A stretch of 39,833 nt of DNA from Candidatus Nanopelagicales bacterium. Lineage in GTDB: Bacteria > Actinomycetota > Actinomycetes > S36-B12 > UBA10799. The stretch lies in contig JAOAUD010000156.1 in the NCBI GenBank assembly GCA_030157755.1, positions 1 through 39,833 on the forward strand, given 5' to 3'. This document shows positions 31,676-39,833 of this stretch, piece by piece. Numbering within the stretch: the first letter of the stretch is position 1; every line of letters begins with the position of its first letter. Under the pieces are notes generated by a model. That model was not told the origin of the DNA, ran no database searches, and was given only the letters and a program-made list of their open reading frames with translations. The position numbers and the translations under genes were made by a program.

Positions 31676-32171
31676 AAACGCGCCAGACCCAGTTGTCGGC
31701 GTTGTCATGGGGTCGGATTCGGATTGGCCGACGATGAAGGCGGCGACCGAGGTCCTCGCGGAATTTGATGTTCCGTTTGAGGCTGACGTGGTGTCGGCTC
31801 ATCGGATGCCCGAAGAGATGATCGCCTACGGAAAGAGCGCGGCCGATCGAGGCCTGCGCGTCATCATCGCTGGCGCGGGCGGTGCGGCCCACCTGCCGGG
31901 AATGTTGGCCGCTGTGACGCCACTTCCGGTCATCGGAGTTCCTGTCGCGCTGAAGCACCTTGATGGACTTGATTCGCTGCTGTCCATCGTGCAGATGCCG
32001 GCGGGGGTGCCCGTCGCTGCAGTGGCCGTGGATAACGCGCGCAATGCCGGTCTGCTGGCTGTTCGAATCCTCGGTGCCTCTGATGACGCACTGCGCAAAC
32101 GCATGCTCGATTTCCAACTTGAGCTTCAGGCCAGCGCTAAGGCAAAGGGGGCTCGCCTGCGGGGCGAGTGA
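31668..32171 (+). CDS. purE: 5-(carboxyamino)imidazole ribonucleotide mutase
   Basis: [32 protein letters not shown]. 8-nt overlap with purK. Confidence 0.95.
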   Translation: MSENAPDPVVGVVMGSDSDWPTMKAATEVLAEFDVPFEADVVSAHRMPEEMIAYGKSAADRGLRVIIAGAGGAAHLPGMLAAVTPLPVIGVPVALKHLDGLDSLLSIVQMPAGVPVAAVAVDNARNAGLLAVRILGASDDALRKRMLDFQLELQASAKAKGARLRGE

Positions 32172-32207
32172 GTCAAGAATCCCGGCACCGCCGAGTGCCA
32201 GCGTGGA

Positions 32208-33629
32208 CTAGGCGCAGGGATCGTCAGCTGCGGTCTTGGGCTTAGTCGCTGCAGCAGCTTGATCGGCTGCCGGGCCAGACACCTTCACTGCTTTCACGCC
32301 GTCGTAGCCGCTACCCACTGTGATGCGGAACGTACGTCCCAGGTTCTTCACCGGCTTGACCGTCGCACCAGGCAACGCCTCTTGAAGTGTCTTCAGTGAG
32401 TTGTCGTAGCGGGGGTCGTATTCGATGACGGTTTCTTCGCCGGTCCGCTTGGGTGCGTTCGCTGCGATGCCGGACACCCGGTAGCCAGCAGCCTTGAACT
32501 CCTTGATTGCTTTGGTGCCTTGGCCTGAAACGGTCGAACCATTGAGTATCCGCACGCTGATTGTTGATGGCGCGACCTCGACGGTTGGCCCACTGGCCTC
32601 GGGAGCCTTCTCCACAAGTGGCTCGCCGGTCTTCAGGCGATTGAACAGTTCGCTTGACTTCGCTTGATCCCAGACCACGACCGAGCCGACGCCGGGGGCC
32701 GATGTTTCCTGACCGAGGGGGATCGTCTGGAACGTCACGTTCGAGGGGTTGACCGAGCGCATCTTGGCCGCCAGGTTCCACATGTCGCGCTTGCTGAAGT
32801 TCTCGTCGACCGTGACCGCACCCGCTGCCGAGTTCAAGAACGCAACCATCCGAGCGGGGTTCAAGATCGTTGATGGGCTCATGGCCTGCTTGAACATGGC
32901 ACCGACAAATGTCTGCTGGCGCTTCATCCGACCGAGGTCGGCGCTCGGGTCGAAGTAGCGGGCACGGACGAACCCAAGCCCTTGGGTGCCATTGAGCATT
33001 TGGTTGCCCGCAGGAAGGTCAAGTCCGGACTTCTGGTCTTTGATCGGCGTCTTCAGACACATGGGGACGCCACCGAGTCCATCGACCATCGTGACGAAGC
33101 CTTGGAAGTTGATTTCTGCGTAGTGGTCGATGTGGACACCGGTCGAGCGCTCCACCGTTTCGACAGCGAGGCTTGGGCCGCCGATGCTGAAGGCGGCGTT
33201 GATCTTCTGCTTGCTGGAGGGGATCGTCTTACCGGATGAAGTGGTGTGGGCTGGAATCTCGACATACGAGTCGCGGGGGATGCTGACGATTCCGACTGAT
33301 CCGTCGTCCGCGAGATGCGCGATCATCATCGAGTCGGTGTGGCTGCCGTATTCGGATTGGCCCACGTGGAGCTTCGACCGCTCGGCTTTGGACAGGCCAG
33401 TGCGGTCATCGGATCCGACGAGCAAGATGTTGGTGCCGCCGTCATTTTCGGGCCGGTTCTTAACGAGGCCAAATACCTCAGTTCGTTTGACTTGATCAGT
33501 TACCTCGTTCGCAGTCGCGTAGCCAATGCCGCTGGCAACGAGCACACCGGCAGCCACCACAACGCCGAAGAGGCGCATTGGGTGTCTTTGGCGCATGCTG
33601 CTCGCCGGTGCCATGCGAATGCCTTTCAT
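32208..33629 (-). CDS. LCP (LytR-CpsA-Psr) family cell-wall glycopolymer ligase with a C-terminal LytR_C domain
   Basis: N-terminal TM, NILLVGSDDR...HTDSMMIAHL core, and a C-terminal ISVRILNGSTVSGQGTKA...AGYRV repeat domain. The start could be 33614. Confidence 0.88.
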   Translation of the reverse strand: MKGIRMAPASSMRQRHPMRLFGVVVAAGVLVASGIGYATANEVTDQVKRTEVFGLVKNRPENDGGTNILLVGSDDRTGLSKAERSKLHVGQSEYGSHTDSMMIAHLADDGSVGIVSIPRDSYVEIPAHTTSSGKTIPSSKQKINAAFSIGGPSLAVETVERSTGVHIDHYAEINFQGFVTMVDGLGGVPMCLKTPIKDQKSGLDLPAGNQMLNGTQGLGFVRARYFDPSADLGRMKRQQTFVGAMFKQAMSPSTILNPARMVAFLNSAAGAVTVDENFSKRDMWNLAAKMRSVNPSNVTFQTIPLGQETSAPGVGSVVVWDQAKSSELFNRLKTGEPLVEKAPEASGPTVEVAPSTISVRILNGSTVSGQGTKAIKEFKAAGYRVSGIAANAPKRTGEETVIEYDPRYDNSLKTLQEALPGATVKPVKNLGRTFRITVGSGYDGVKAVKVSGPAADQAAAATKPKTAADDPCA

Positions 33630-33868
33630 TTGGTGGTCTCAATTGGTTGCGACGCGCCCGGTAGTCCTGACGTTCCAGGTTTACAAGAACATCACGTTCT
33701 CGCGATTTGCCGTGTATTTACACCGCGGTGGGGCGCCGGGGAAGGCAATCAACGCTGTGGATGATGCTAAGTCGCAATTCGGCGAACCGAAGCTTGCGGC
33801 ACGCCGAGAGTCAATATCGGGGGCAGCATGTGTGCTTGCGAAGATGTGAAAGTAGTAATGTCCCACCG

Positions 33869-34936
33869 ATGGCTACTCCAGGTGATCATGTGGCAGCGGA
33901 GCGCGAGTTGATCGTGGATGTCCGTGATGGCGAGGCGCAATTCGGTGACGCCGTGTCGGTCATCATGCCGGTCCTCAATGAGGAGCGGCACTTAAGAGAA
34001 GCTGTCGGGGCAGTGCTCGATCAGGACTTTCCGGGTTTGATCGAAGTGATCCTTGCGCTCGGCCGATCAACGGACAACACAGACTCGGTGGCGGCCGATC
34101 TTGTGGCCGGAGATTCTCGGGTGCGCACTGTGTCGAACCCATCCGGTCGCACTCCGACGGCTTTGAACGCTGCGCTGCAGGTGGCGACGCACTCGATCAT
34201 CGTTCGGGTGGATGGTCATTGCGAACTTCCCCGCGACTACATCTCTCGCGCCGTGGAAACCTTGATCCGCACCGGTGCCGACAACGTCGGCGGCGTCATG
34301 GCTGCGGAGGGAACCACGGACTTCGAGTCGGCTGTGGCTTTGGCGATGACCTCCAAACTTGGCGTTGGCGGTGCGCCCTTCCATGTGGGTGGCCAGGAGG
34401 GCGAAGCGCAAACGGTCTACCTAGGAGTCTTCCGCGCCCAGACGCTGCAACGGGTCGGTGGCTACGACGAATCCTTCGACCGCGCTCAGGATTGGGAGAT
34501 GAACCACCGAATCCGCTCCCTCGGCGGGAAGATCTGGTTTAACCCACAGATGCAGGTGTCCTACCGTCCGCGGCCAGACCTAAAAGCGCTGGCCCGCCAG
34601 TACTTCCAGTACGGAACGTGGCGGCGTGAGGTCATGCGGCGCCACCCCGAGACTGTTCAGGCCCGTTACCTGGCACCGCCAGTGGCAGTCGCAGCAATCG
34701 GCGTCGGGGTTGCCGCCGGCATCACTGGTTTGGTGGTCCCGTCGGCCGCCACGTTGCGGCTTGGTTGGCTGATTCCAGGCGGATACGCCGCCGCAGTGGC
34801 TCTTGGCGGGATTGCGATCTCGCGCGGCGAGAGCCGATCCGTGAGGGCACGGGTGCCAGCCGTCCTGGCGGCTATGCACTTGTCATGGGGTGTGGGTTTC
34901 CTCACCTCACGACCGCAAACAGGCGGAAAGTCCTGA
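33869..34936 (+). CDS. glycosyltransferase family 2 (ExoA-like) with C-terminal TM segments
   Basis: VSVIMPVLNEERHL, ..VRVDGH.., QDWEMNHRI. The start is uncertain: there is no SD before ATG 33869, and in-frame GTGs exist at 33830 and downstream. Confidence 0.75.
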   Translation: MATPGDHVAAERELIVDVRDGEAQFGDAVSVIMPVLNEERHLREAVGAVLDQDFPGLIEVILALGRSTDNTDSVAADLVAGDSRVRTVSNPSGRTPTALNAALQVATHSIIVRVDGHCELPRDYISRAVETLIRTGADNVGGVMAAEGTTDFESAVALAMTSKLGVGGAPFHVGGQEGEAQTVYLGVFRAQTLQRVGGYDESFDRAQDWEMNHRIRSLGGKIWFNPQMQVSYRPRPDLKALARQYFQYGTWRREVMRRHPETVQARYLAPPVAVAAIGVGVAAGITGLVVPSAATLRLGWLIPGGYAAAVALGGIAISRGESRSVRARVPAVLAAMHLSWGVGFLTSRPQTGGKS

Positions 34937-35024
34937 TTGTCCCAGCGATTCGCGGCGGCGTGTGCTCGCCCAATTCCGCAAACCGACCTATCATCGCAAA
35001 TGCGCGTCTGCGAGGGGAGTAACT

Positions 35025-35906
35025 GTGGCAAAGGCTGCCATTGACGTCAAGACTGTCGCTGACGACGACGAATTCCGTGGCACGTTCCACGTCTACGAGC
35101 CGTATCGGGCTGGGCTTCCTCGCAACTTCTCCGGCTACCTGAAAGAACTGTGGCGCCGTCGCGAGTTCATGAACGAGATGACCCGGGCGAATGTGCGGGC
35201 CAACCAGCTCGACACCCTGTTCGGGCGCTTGTGGAACGTCATCAACCCGCTGCTGATGGGGTTGGTGTACCTCCTGCTCGTCTTGATCTTGGCGCGCGGG
35301 GCGACGATCCCGCACTACTTCGTCTATCTACTCGCTGGGCTCTTCATCTTCGACGTCCTTGAGACTTCGATGAGTCAAGGTGCAAAATCCGTGACCAGCG
35401 CCGGCAAGATGGTGACGAATACTGCCTTTCCCAAGGCGCTGCTGCCGCTATCGGCGGTCCGTGGAGCGTTGGCAGAGCTGTGGCCGTCGTTGATCGTGCT
35501 GGTGGTTGCGGCTCTGGCCTTCGGTATCCGCCCGCAGTTCACCTGGGTGCTCGCGATCCCAGTTCTCGCTTTGCTCACGGTGTTCTGTGCCGGCATGGCA
35601 ATGCTGCTCGCCACCATGCAGGTGTACTTCCGTGATACGCGCAGCTTCCTGCCCTACTTCATGCGGCTGTGGTTCTTTGCCTCGCCAGTGCTGTGGGCAG
35701 CGGACCAGCTCCCCAAGAGCGGCGAATTCTTGCGATACATCAACCCCATGTTTGATTTCGTCGCGACCTGGAGCAACGCCATCGTCTATGGCGAGTGGCC
35801 CAATCCGCAGGTATGGCTCGTGATGTCCGGTTGGGCATTGCTCGCTCTGGTACTCGGCGGCTACGTATTTCTTTCAAGGGAGCGGGACTTTGCAGTCAGA
35901 ATCTGA
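35025..35906 (+). CDS. ABC-2 type polysaccharide/teichoic-acid exporter permease (Wzm/TagG-like)
   Basis: GTG 35025 has GAGGGGAG upstream. ...ELWRRREFMNEMTRANVRANQLDTLFGRLWNVINPLL followed by six TM helices. Confidence 0.8.
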   Translation: MAKAAIDVKTVADDDEFRGTFHVYEPYRAGLPRNFSGYLKELWRRREFMNEMTRANVRANQLDTLFGRLWNVINPLLMGLVYLLLVLILARGATIPHYFVYLLAGLFIFDVLETSMSQGAKSVTSAGKMVTNTAFPKALLPLSAVRGALAELWPSLIVLVVAALAFGIRPQFTWVLAIPVLALLTVFCAGMAMLLATMQVYFRDTRSFLPYFMRLWFFASPVLWAADQLPKSGEFLRYINPMFDFVATWSNAIVYGEWPNPQVWLVMSGWALLALVLGGYVFLSRERDFAVRI

Positions 35907-36672
35907 GCCCGCGATTAGCGTCCAGCACCTCTCGATGACCTACCGGACAACATTCGAGAAGCGCCCGACGCTGAAAGACTCCCTGCGTCGCGTTGGTCGT
36001 GGCGAGCGAGTGGTTCGCGAGGTCGAGGCACTCAAGGATGTGAGTTTCGACCTGCCGCGCAGCCGTGTGCTGGGCATCGTTGGAAACAACGGCGCTGGAA
36101 AGACAACATTGGTGCGGGCGATTTCCGGGATCTTGCCACCCACCGAAGGGCGCATCGAAATTCGCGGCCGCGTCAGTACATTGCTCGCGCTTGGCGTCGG
36201 TTTTAACCCCAAGCTGTCCGGCTACGAAAACATCATGCTCGGTGGTCTGGCCGTTGGTTACTCGCGTGCAGAAGTCGAAGAGAAGACTGATGAGATCGCA
36301 GAGTGGACGGAACTCGGGGACTTCCTCGAAATGCCCATGACGACTTACTCATCGGGTATGTCCGCTCGGTTGGCATTCGCAGTGGCCGTTCATATGGAGC
36401 CCGACATCCTCATCGTTGATGAGGCCCTGTCGACAGGTGATGCCTCGTTCAAGGCCAAAGCACACGAGAAGATGAACAGCCTCTTGGCCGAGGCCCACAC
36501 GATGGTGTTGGTATCACACGCGCTGGCGACGGTTGAGGAACTGTGCACCGACGCCATCTGGCTCGAAAAGGGCGAGCTGAAGATGTACGGCACGCCTGCG
36601 GAAGTGATTGCCGCCTACAACGCAAGCACTGGAGTAGACCCGGCTGCCGTCACCACGATGCAGGACTTCTAA
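35890..36672 (+). CDS. ABC exporter ATP-binding protein (Wzt/TagH-like)
   Basis: Walker A GNNGAGKTT, signature YSSGMSARL, Walker B ILIVDEAL. TTG start with AAGGGAG upstream; 17-nt overlap with the permease gene. Confidence 0.9.
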   Translation: MQSESEPAISVQHLSMTYRTTFEKRPTLKDSLRRVGRGERVVREVEALKDVSFDLPRSRVLGIVGNNGAGKTTLVRAISGILPPTEGRIEIRGRVSTLLALGVGFNPKLSGYENIMLGGLAVGYSRAEVEEKTDEIAEWTELGDFLEMPMTTYSSGMSARLAFAVAVHMEPDILIVDEALSTGDASFKAKAHEKMNSLLAEAHTMVLVSHALATVEELCTDAIWLEKGELKMYGTPAEVIAAYNASTGVDPAAVTTMQDF

Positions 36673-36697
36673 CCAAACTGCAGGTTGGGTCGGTTGC

Positions 36698-38029
36698 TTA
36701 CGGGCGACCGATTCCCTGGTACTGCCACCCAGCTTCGCGCCACTGCGCCGGATCCAACACGTTGCGGGCATCCAAGATTCGTCGCCCGGCAGTCCTGCTC
36801 GCAAGCTCGTGCGGGTCAAGGGTGACGAACTCGTTCCATTCCGTCAGGAGCAGCACGATGTCTGCTCCGGCGCATGCCTCGACCGCTGAGTCAACGAAGT
36901 CCAACGTCGGGAACTGTGCAGCAGCATTGACCATCGCCTTCGGGTCGTAGACCCGCACGTTGGCGCCTTGCAGGTGAAGGTTCGCCGCCACATCGAGCGC
37001 AGGCGAATCGCGAACGTCGTCGCTGTCGGGCTTGAATGCCGCGCCAAGTGCGGCGATCACCTTCTCGTTCACCGTACCGCCGAGCATCGTGGCCGCAGCA
37101 TTTGCAGTTCGGCTGCGTTGGCGCAGGTTGATGTCGTCGATTTCCTTGAGGAACGACAGCGCATCGTCAACGCCGAGCTCCCCAGCGCGTGCCATGAACG
37201 CCCGAATATCCTTTGGCAGGCACCCGCCACCAAAACCAAGTCCGGCGCGCAGGAACTTCGAGCCGATTCTGTCGTCGTAGCCGATCGCATGTGCCAGCGC
37301 CGTCACGTCTGCCCCGGCACGATCACACACCTCCGCCATCGCGTTAATGAAAGAAATCTTGGTGGCGAGGAACGAGTTGGCAGCCACCTTCACAAGTTCC
37401 GATGTGGCGAGGTCCGTGCGCAGGTAGGGCACACCGGCGGAGATCTGGTTGCTGTACACCTGACGCAGCAATTCATCTGCCGAGTCGCTGTCCGTTCCGA
37501 TGACGATCCGATCCGGGCGTTGGGTGTCCGCCACGGCGAACCCTTCGCGGAGGAACTCAGGGTTCCAGGCGAGTTCCACCTTGACGCCTTCTGGAGCAAG
37601 CTTCTGGCTTACGTCGCGAAGTCGAGCCGCAGTCCCCACGGGAACGGTCGACTTGCCGACCAGCAAAGCATCGCCGGTGAGGTGCGGGACGAGACCCTCG
37701 ACTGCTGCATTGACATACGAGATGTCCGCCGCATTGGAGTTTGCGCTTTGCGGAGTGCCAACGCAGATGAAGTGGACGTCACCAAACGCGGCGGCTTCGG
37801 CCATATCCGTGGTGAAGTGCAGACGACCGGATTCCAGCGCCTGGTCGAGGACCTCGGGGAGGCCAGGCTCATAGAAGGGCGGTTGCCCCGAACCGAGTTG
37901 CTTGACCTTGAGCTCGTCGACGTCAACGCCGATGACTTCGAATCCAAAGTTCGCCATGCACGCCGCGTGGACTGCACCGAGGTAGCCGGTGCCGACGACG
38001 CTCAGACGTGGCTGGGATTGTTCAGACAT
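36698..38029 (-). CDS. ugd: UDP-glucose 6-dehydrogenase
   Basis: LSVVGTGYLGAVHAACMA Rossmann N-terminus, catalytic GFGGGCLPKD, 443 aa from ATG 38029. Confidence 0.92.
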   Translation of the reverse strand: MSEQSQPRLSVVGTGYLGAVHAACMANFGFEVIGVDVDELKVKQLGSGQPPFYEPGLPEVLDQALESGRLHFTTDMAEAAAFGDVHFICVGTPQSANSNAADISYVNAAVEGLVPHLTGDALLVGKSTVPVGTAARLRDVSQKLAPEGVKVELAWNPEFLREGFAVADTQRPDRIVIGTDSDSADELLRQVYSNQISAGVPYLRTDLATSELVKVAANSFLATKISFINAMAEVCDRAGADVTALAHAIGYDDRIGSKFLRAGLGFGGGCLPKDIRAFMARAGELGVDDALSFLKEIDDINLRQRSRTANAAATMLGGTVNEKVIAALGAAFKPDSDDVRDSPALDVAANLHLQGANVRVYDPKAMVNAAAQFPTLDFVDSAVEACAGADIVLLLTEWNEFVTLDPHELASRTAGRRILDARNVLDPAQWREAGWQYQGIGRP

Positions 38030-38049
38030 GGGCCTTAGGTTAGTCCCAA

Positions 38050-38074
38050 GGACGTTCGCGGACGTTCGTATACT
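38050..38074. promoter_or_regulatory. tandem direct repeat GGACGTTCG(C) GGACGTTCG(T) abutting a TATACT -10-like hexamer in the ugd/fadE divergent region
   Basis: Read directly from the sequence. Repeats at 38050-38069, TATACT at 38069-38074, about 75 nt upstream of the fadE25-like ATG. Confidence 0.3.
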
Positions 38075-38146
38075 CGCCAAGTACAAGCATCATCGGCCGT
38101 TCATCCCGGTGGTACGCAATCCGCGACAGCAGGAGCGCTGGCCCTC

Positions 38147-39337
38147 ATGGCAAATAATCCAGACTTCGACCTGTACCAACTGTCTGACGAACACAGCGAA
38201 CTGCGCGCCGCTGTGCGCGCTCTCGCGCAGGCCAAGATTGCTCCGCGTGCAGCGGAAATTGATGAGACGGGTGAGTTCCCCTGGGATGTCTATGAGGCCC
38301 TGGCAGCATCAGGATTCCACGCCATCAGCATTCCGGAGGAGTACGAAGGGTCCGGGGGTGACAACCTCGCGGCCTGCATAGTCGTCGAAGAGGTTGCTGG
38401 AGTATGCGGATCGAGTTCACTGATTCCAGCCGTGAACAAGTTGGGAACAACCCCGCTGCTGGTTGGTGGCGACGAGGCCATCAAGTCGCGCTACCTGCCA
38501 GAGGTTGCCCGCGGTGAGGCGATGTTTTCCTATGCACTCAGCGAGCCCGAGGCGGGAAGTGATGCGGCAAGCATGCGCAGTCGCGCGGTTCGAGACGGTG
38601 ACGGCTGGATCCTGAACGGAAACAAGCGGTGGATCACAAATGCCGGGATCTCCAAGTACTACACCGTCATGGCGAGCACAGATCCAGACAAGGGCCCCAA
38701 GGGTATTTCGGCATTTGTTGTCCACGCTGACGACCCAGGGTTCAGCCTCGGTGCTCCGGAGCGCAAGCTCGGAATCAAGGGATCGCCGACTCGTGAGCTC
38801 TACTTCGACAACGTCAAGCTGCCTGCCGATCGCATGATCGGTGCTGAAGGTACGGGTTGGAACACGGCGATGAAGGCCCTCGATGTGACGCGGGTGGGAA
38901 TTGGCGCGCAAGCCGTTGGCCTCGCTCAGGGAGCGCTGGATGCTGCGGTTGCGTACGCCAAGGAGCGGTCGCAGTTCGGCAAAGCCATTGCGGACTTCCA
39001 AGGGATTCAATTCATGCTCGCGGACATGGCGATCGAGGTCGAGGCAGCTCGCCAATTGGTCTACCGGGCAGCGGCAGTCAGCGAACGCGGGGAAGCATCC
39101 GCGACGTACTTCGGCGCTGCTGCCAAGTGCTTCGCGTCAGATGTTGCGATGCGAGTCACGACTGATGCAGTCCAGGTCTTTGGTGGTTACGGCTACGTAA
39201 AGGACTATCCCGTCGAACGGTTCATGCGCGACGCAAAGATCACGCAGATCTACGAGGGAACAAATCAGATCCAACGCATGGTCGTTGCTCGCAACTTGTT
39301 GAAGGGTGGCGCCGCGACAGGCGCAGGCCTCGCTTAG
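38147..39337 (+). CDS. fadE25: acyl-CoA dehydrogenase (FadE25-like)
   Basis: Colinear by eye with Mtb FadE25: NPDFDLYQLSDEH..., ALSEPEAGSDAASMR, ERKLGIKGSPT.ELYF, FMRDAKITQIYEGTNQIQR. Confidence 0.9.
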   Translation: MANNPDFDLYQLSDEHSELRAAVRALAQAKIAPRAAEIDETGEFPWDVYEALAASGFHAISIPEEYEGSGGDNLAACIVVEEVAGVCGSSSLIPAVNKLGTTPLLVGGDEAIKSRYLPEVARGEAMFSYALSEPEAGSDAASMRSRAVRDGDGWILNGNKRWITNAGISKYYTVMASTDPDKGPKGISAFVVHADDPGFSLGAPERKLGIKGSPTRELYFDNVKLPADRMIGAEGTGWNTAMKALDVTRVGIGAQAVGLAQGALDAAVAYAKERSQFGKAIADFQGIQFMLADMAIEVEAARQLVYRAAAVSERGEASATYFGAAAKCFASDVAMRVTTDAVQVFGGYGYVKDYPVERFMRDAKITQIYEGTNQIQRMVVARNLLKGGAATGAGLA

Positions 39338-39373
39338 ACGCCGCAGACGCCCTCGCGAGGTACGGTTGGGCGC

Positions 39374-39833
39374 GTGATTGAGTCGGGTTCTGCGCGGCCA
39401 ACTATTTCCGTTGTACTCATTAGCTACAACGACGAAAAGCGTCTTCCGACTGCGATCCGCAGCGTCCTCGCGCAGACCTTCCAGGACTTGGAAGTCATCG
39501 TCGCCGACGATGCCTCGAGTGACGGAACTGCCGGAGTAGTTCGCTCATTTAGTGAGGCCGACAGCCGAGTTCGCTACGTATGCCTGCCCGAGAACTCCGG
39601 TGGCTGCGGCGCACCGCGCAATACCGGTACCAAGATCGCCACGGGCGAATGGATCTTCTACCTCGACAGCGATGACGAAATCGAGCCGGATGCCTTCGAA
39701 AACCTCGTCGCGGCGGGCAACGAAACGGGCGCCGATGTGGTGTCCGGTGCCATTCGTCGAGAGTTTGTGGGCACTGCTCGCGCCAAGGTGTGGCATCCGG
39801 AACTGTTTGAGGCGCCGTTGGTCATCGATTCGA
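39374..39833 (+). CDS. glycosyltransferase family 2, 5' partial (runs off the window end)
   Basis: Not in the ORF track because it has no stop. The GTG 39374 frame reads ISVVLISYNDEKRLPTAIRSVLAQTFQDLEVIVADDASSDGT...YLDSDDE, a classic GT2 N-terminus. Confidence 0.75.
   Translation, partial: MIESGSARPTISVVLISYNDEKRLPTAIRSVLAQTFQDLEVIVADDASSDGTAGVVRSFSEADSRVRYVCLPENSGGCGAPRNTGTKIATGEWIFYLDSDDEIEPDAFENLVAAGNETGADVVSGAIRREFVGTARAKVWHPELFEAPLVIDS

Noticed and set aside
33687-33699. GAAC-ATCAC-GTTC, a LexA/Cheo-box-like site upstream of the GT2 gene
   Set aside because: The spacer is 5 nt, not the canonical 4 nt (TCGAAC-N4-GTTCGA in actinobacteria). The flanks do not match and no SOS gene is adjacent.
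36968-38038. 356-aa ORF on the plus strand
   Set aside because: It is entirely antisense to the strongly supported UDP-glucose dehydrogenase gene. The composition is Arg/Ala/Gly-rich, typical of GC-driven shadow ORFs, and there is no recognisable motif.
38417-39055. 212-aa minus-strand ORF
   Set aside because: Antisense to the fadE25-like gene, which aligns end to end with FadE25 by eye.

Overview
GC-rich window with gene content and order typical of an Actinomycetota core chromosome. From memory, it is largely collinear with the Mycobacterium tuberculosis segment Rv3336c to about Rv3265c: trpS, dacB1, sdhCDAB, lpdA, accA3, maf, accE5, accD5, birA, a PH-domain membrane protein, purK, purE, fadE25, and an LCP/glycosyltransferase region. 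I call about 38 protein-coding genes. They include exonuclease III, a CNNM/CorC-type membrane protein, TrpRS, a PBP-type DD-carboxypeptidase and succinate dehydrogenase sdhCDAB. There is also a methylmalonyl-CoA-mutase catalytic subunit with no B12-binding domain, an LpdA-like flavoprotein, and the acyl-CoA carboxylase set (accA3, accD5, accE5, birA, plus a second carboxyltransferase). Further genes are Maf, two acyl-CoA dehydrogenases, purK/purE, and a cell-envelope glycopolymer cluster (GtrA, LCP, GT2, Wzm/Wzt-type ABC exporter, UDP-glucose dehydrogenase, and a second GT2 cut by the window end). I found no tRNA, rRNA, CRISPR array, transposase, integrase or recognisable defence system. The only mobile-element-like gene is a DUF222 (HNH-endonuclease family) gene at the 5' edge, and it looks frameshifted. 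I see no convincing evidence for a wholly new multi-gene system; this is mostly an ordinary housekeeping region. The best second-look candidates are: (i) an ATGA-coupled PH-domain membrane protein plus a class III adenylate cyclase carrying an N-terminal AKKAx x10 histone-like tail; (ii) a DUF4012 / lipoprotein / accA3 / exported-protein co-directional unit with a 9-bp Shine-Dalgarno-sequestering helix in front of accA3; (iii) short shared or repeated motifs in several divergent promoter regions. Many long antisense ORFs in the track are GC-driven artefacts. All family assignments come from motif recognition by eye, not from searches.
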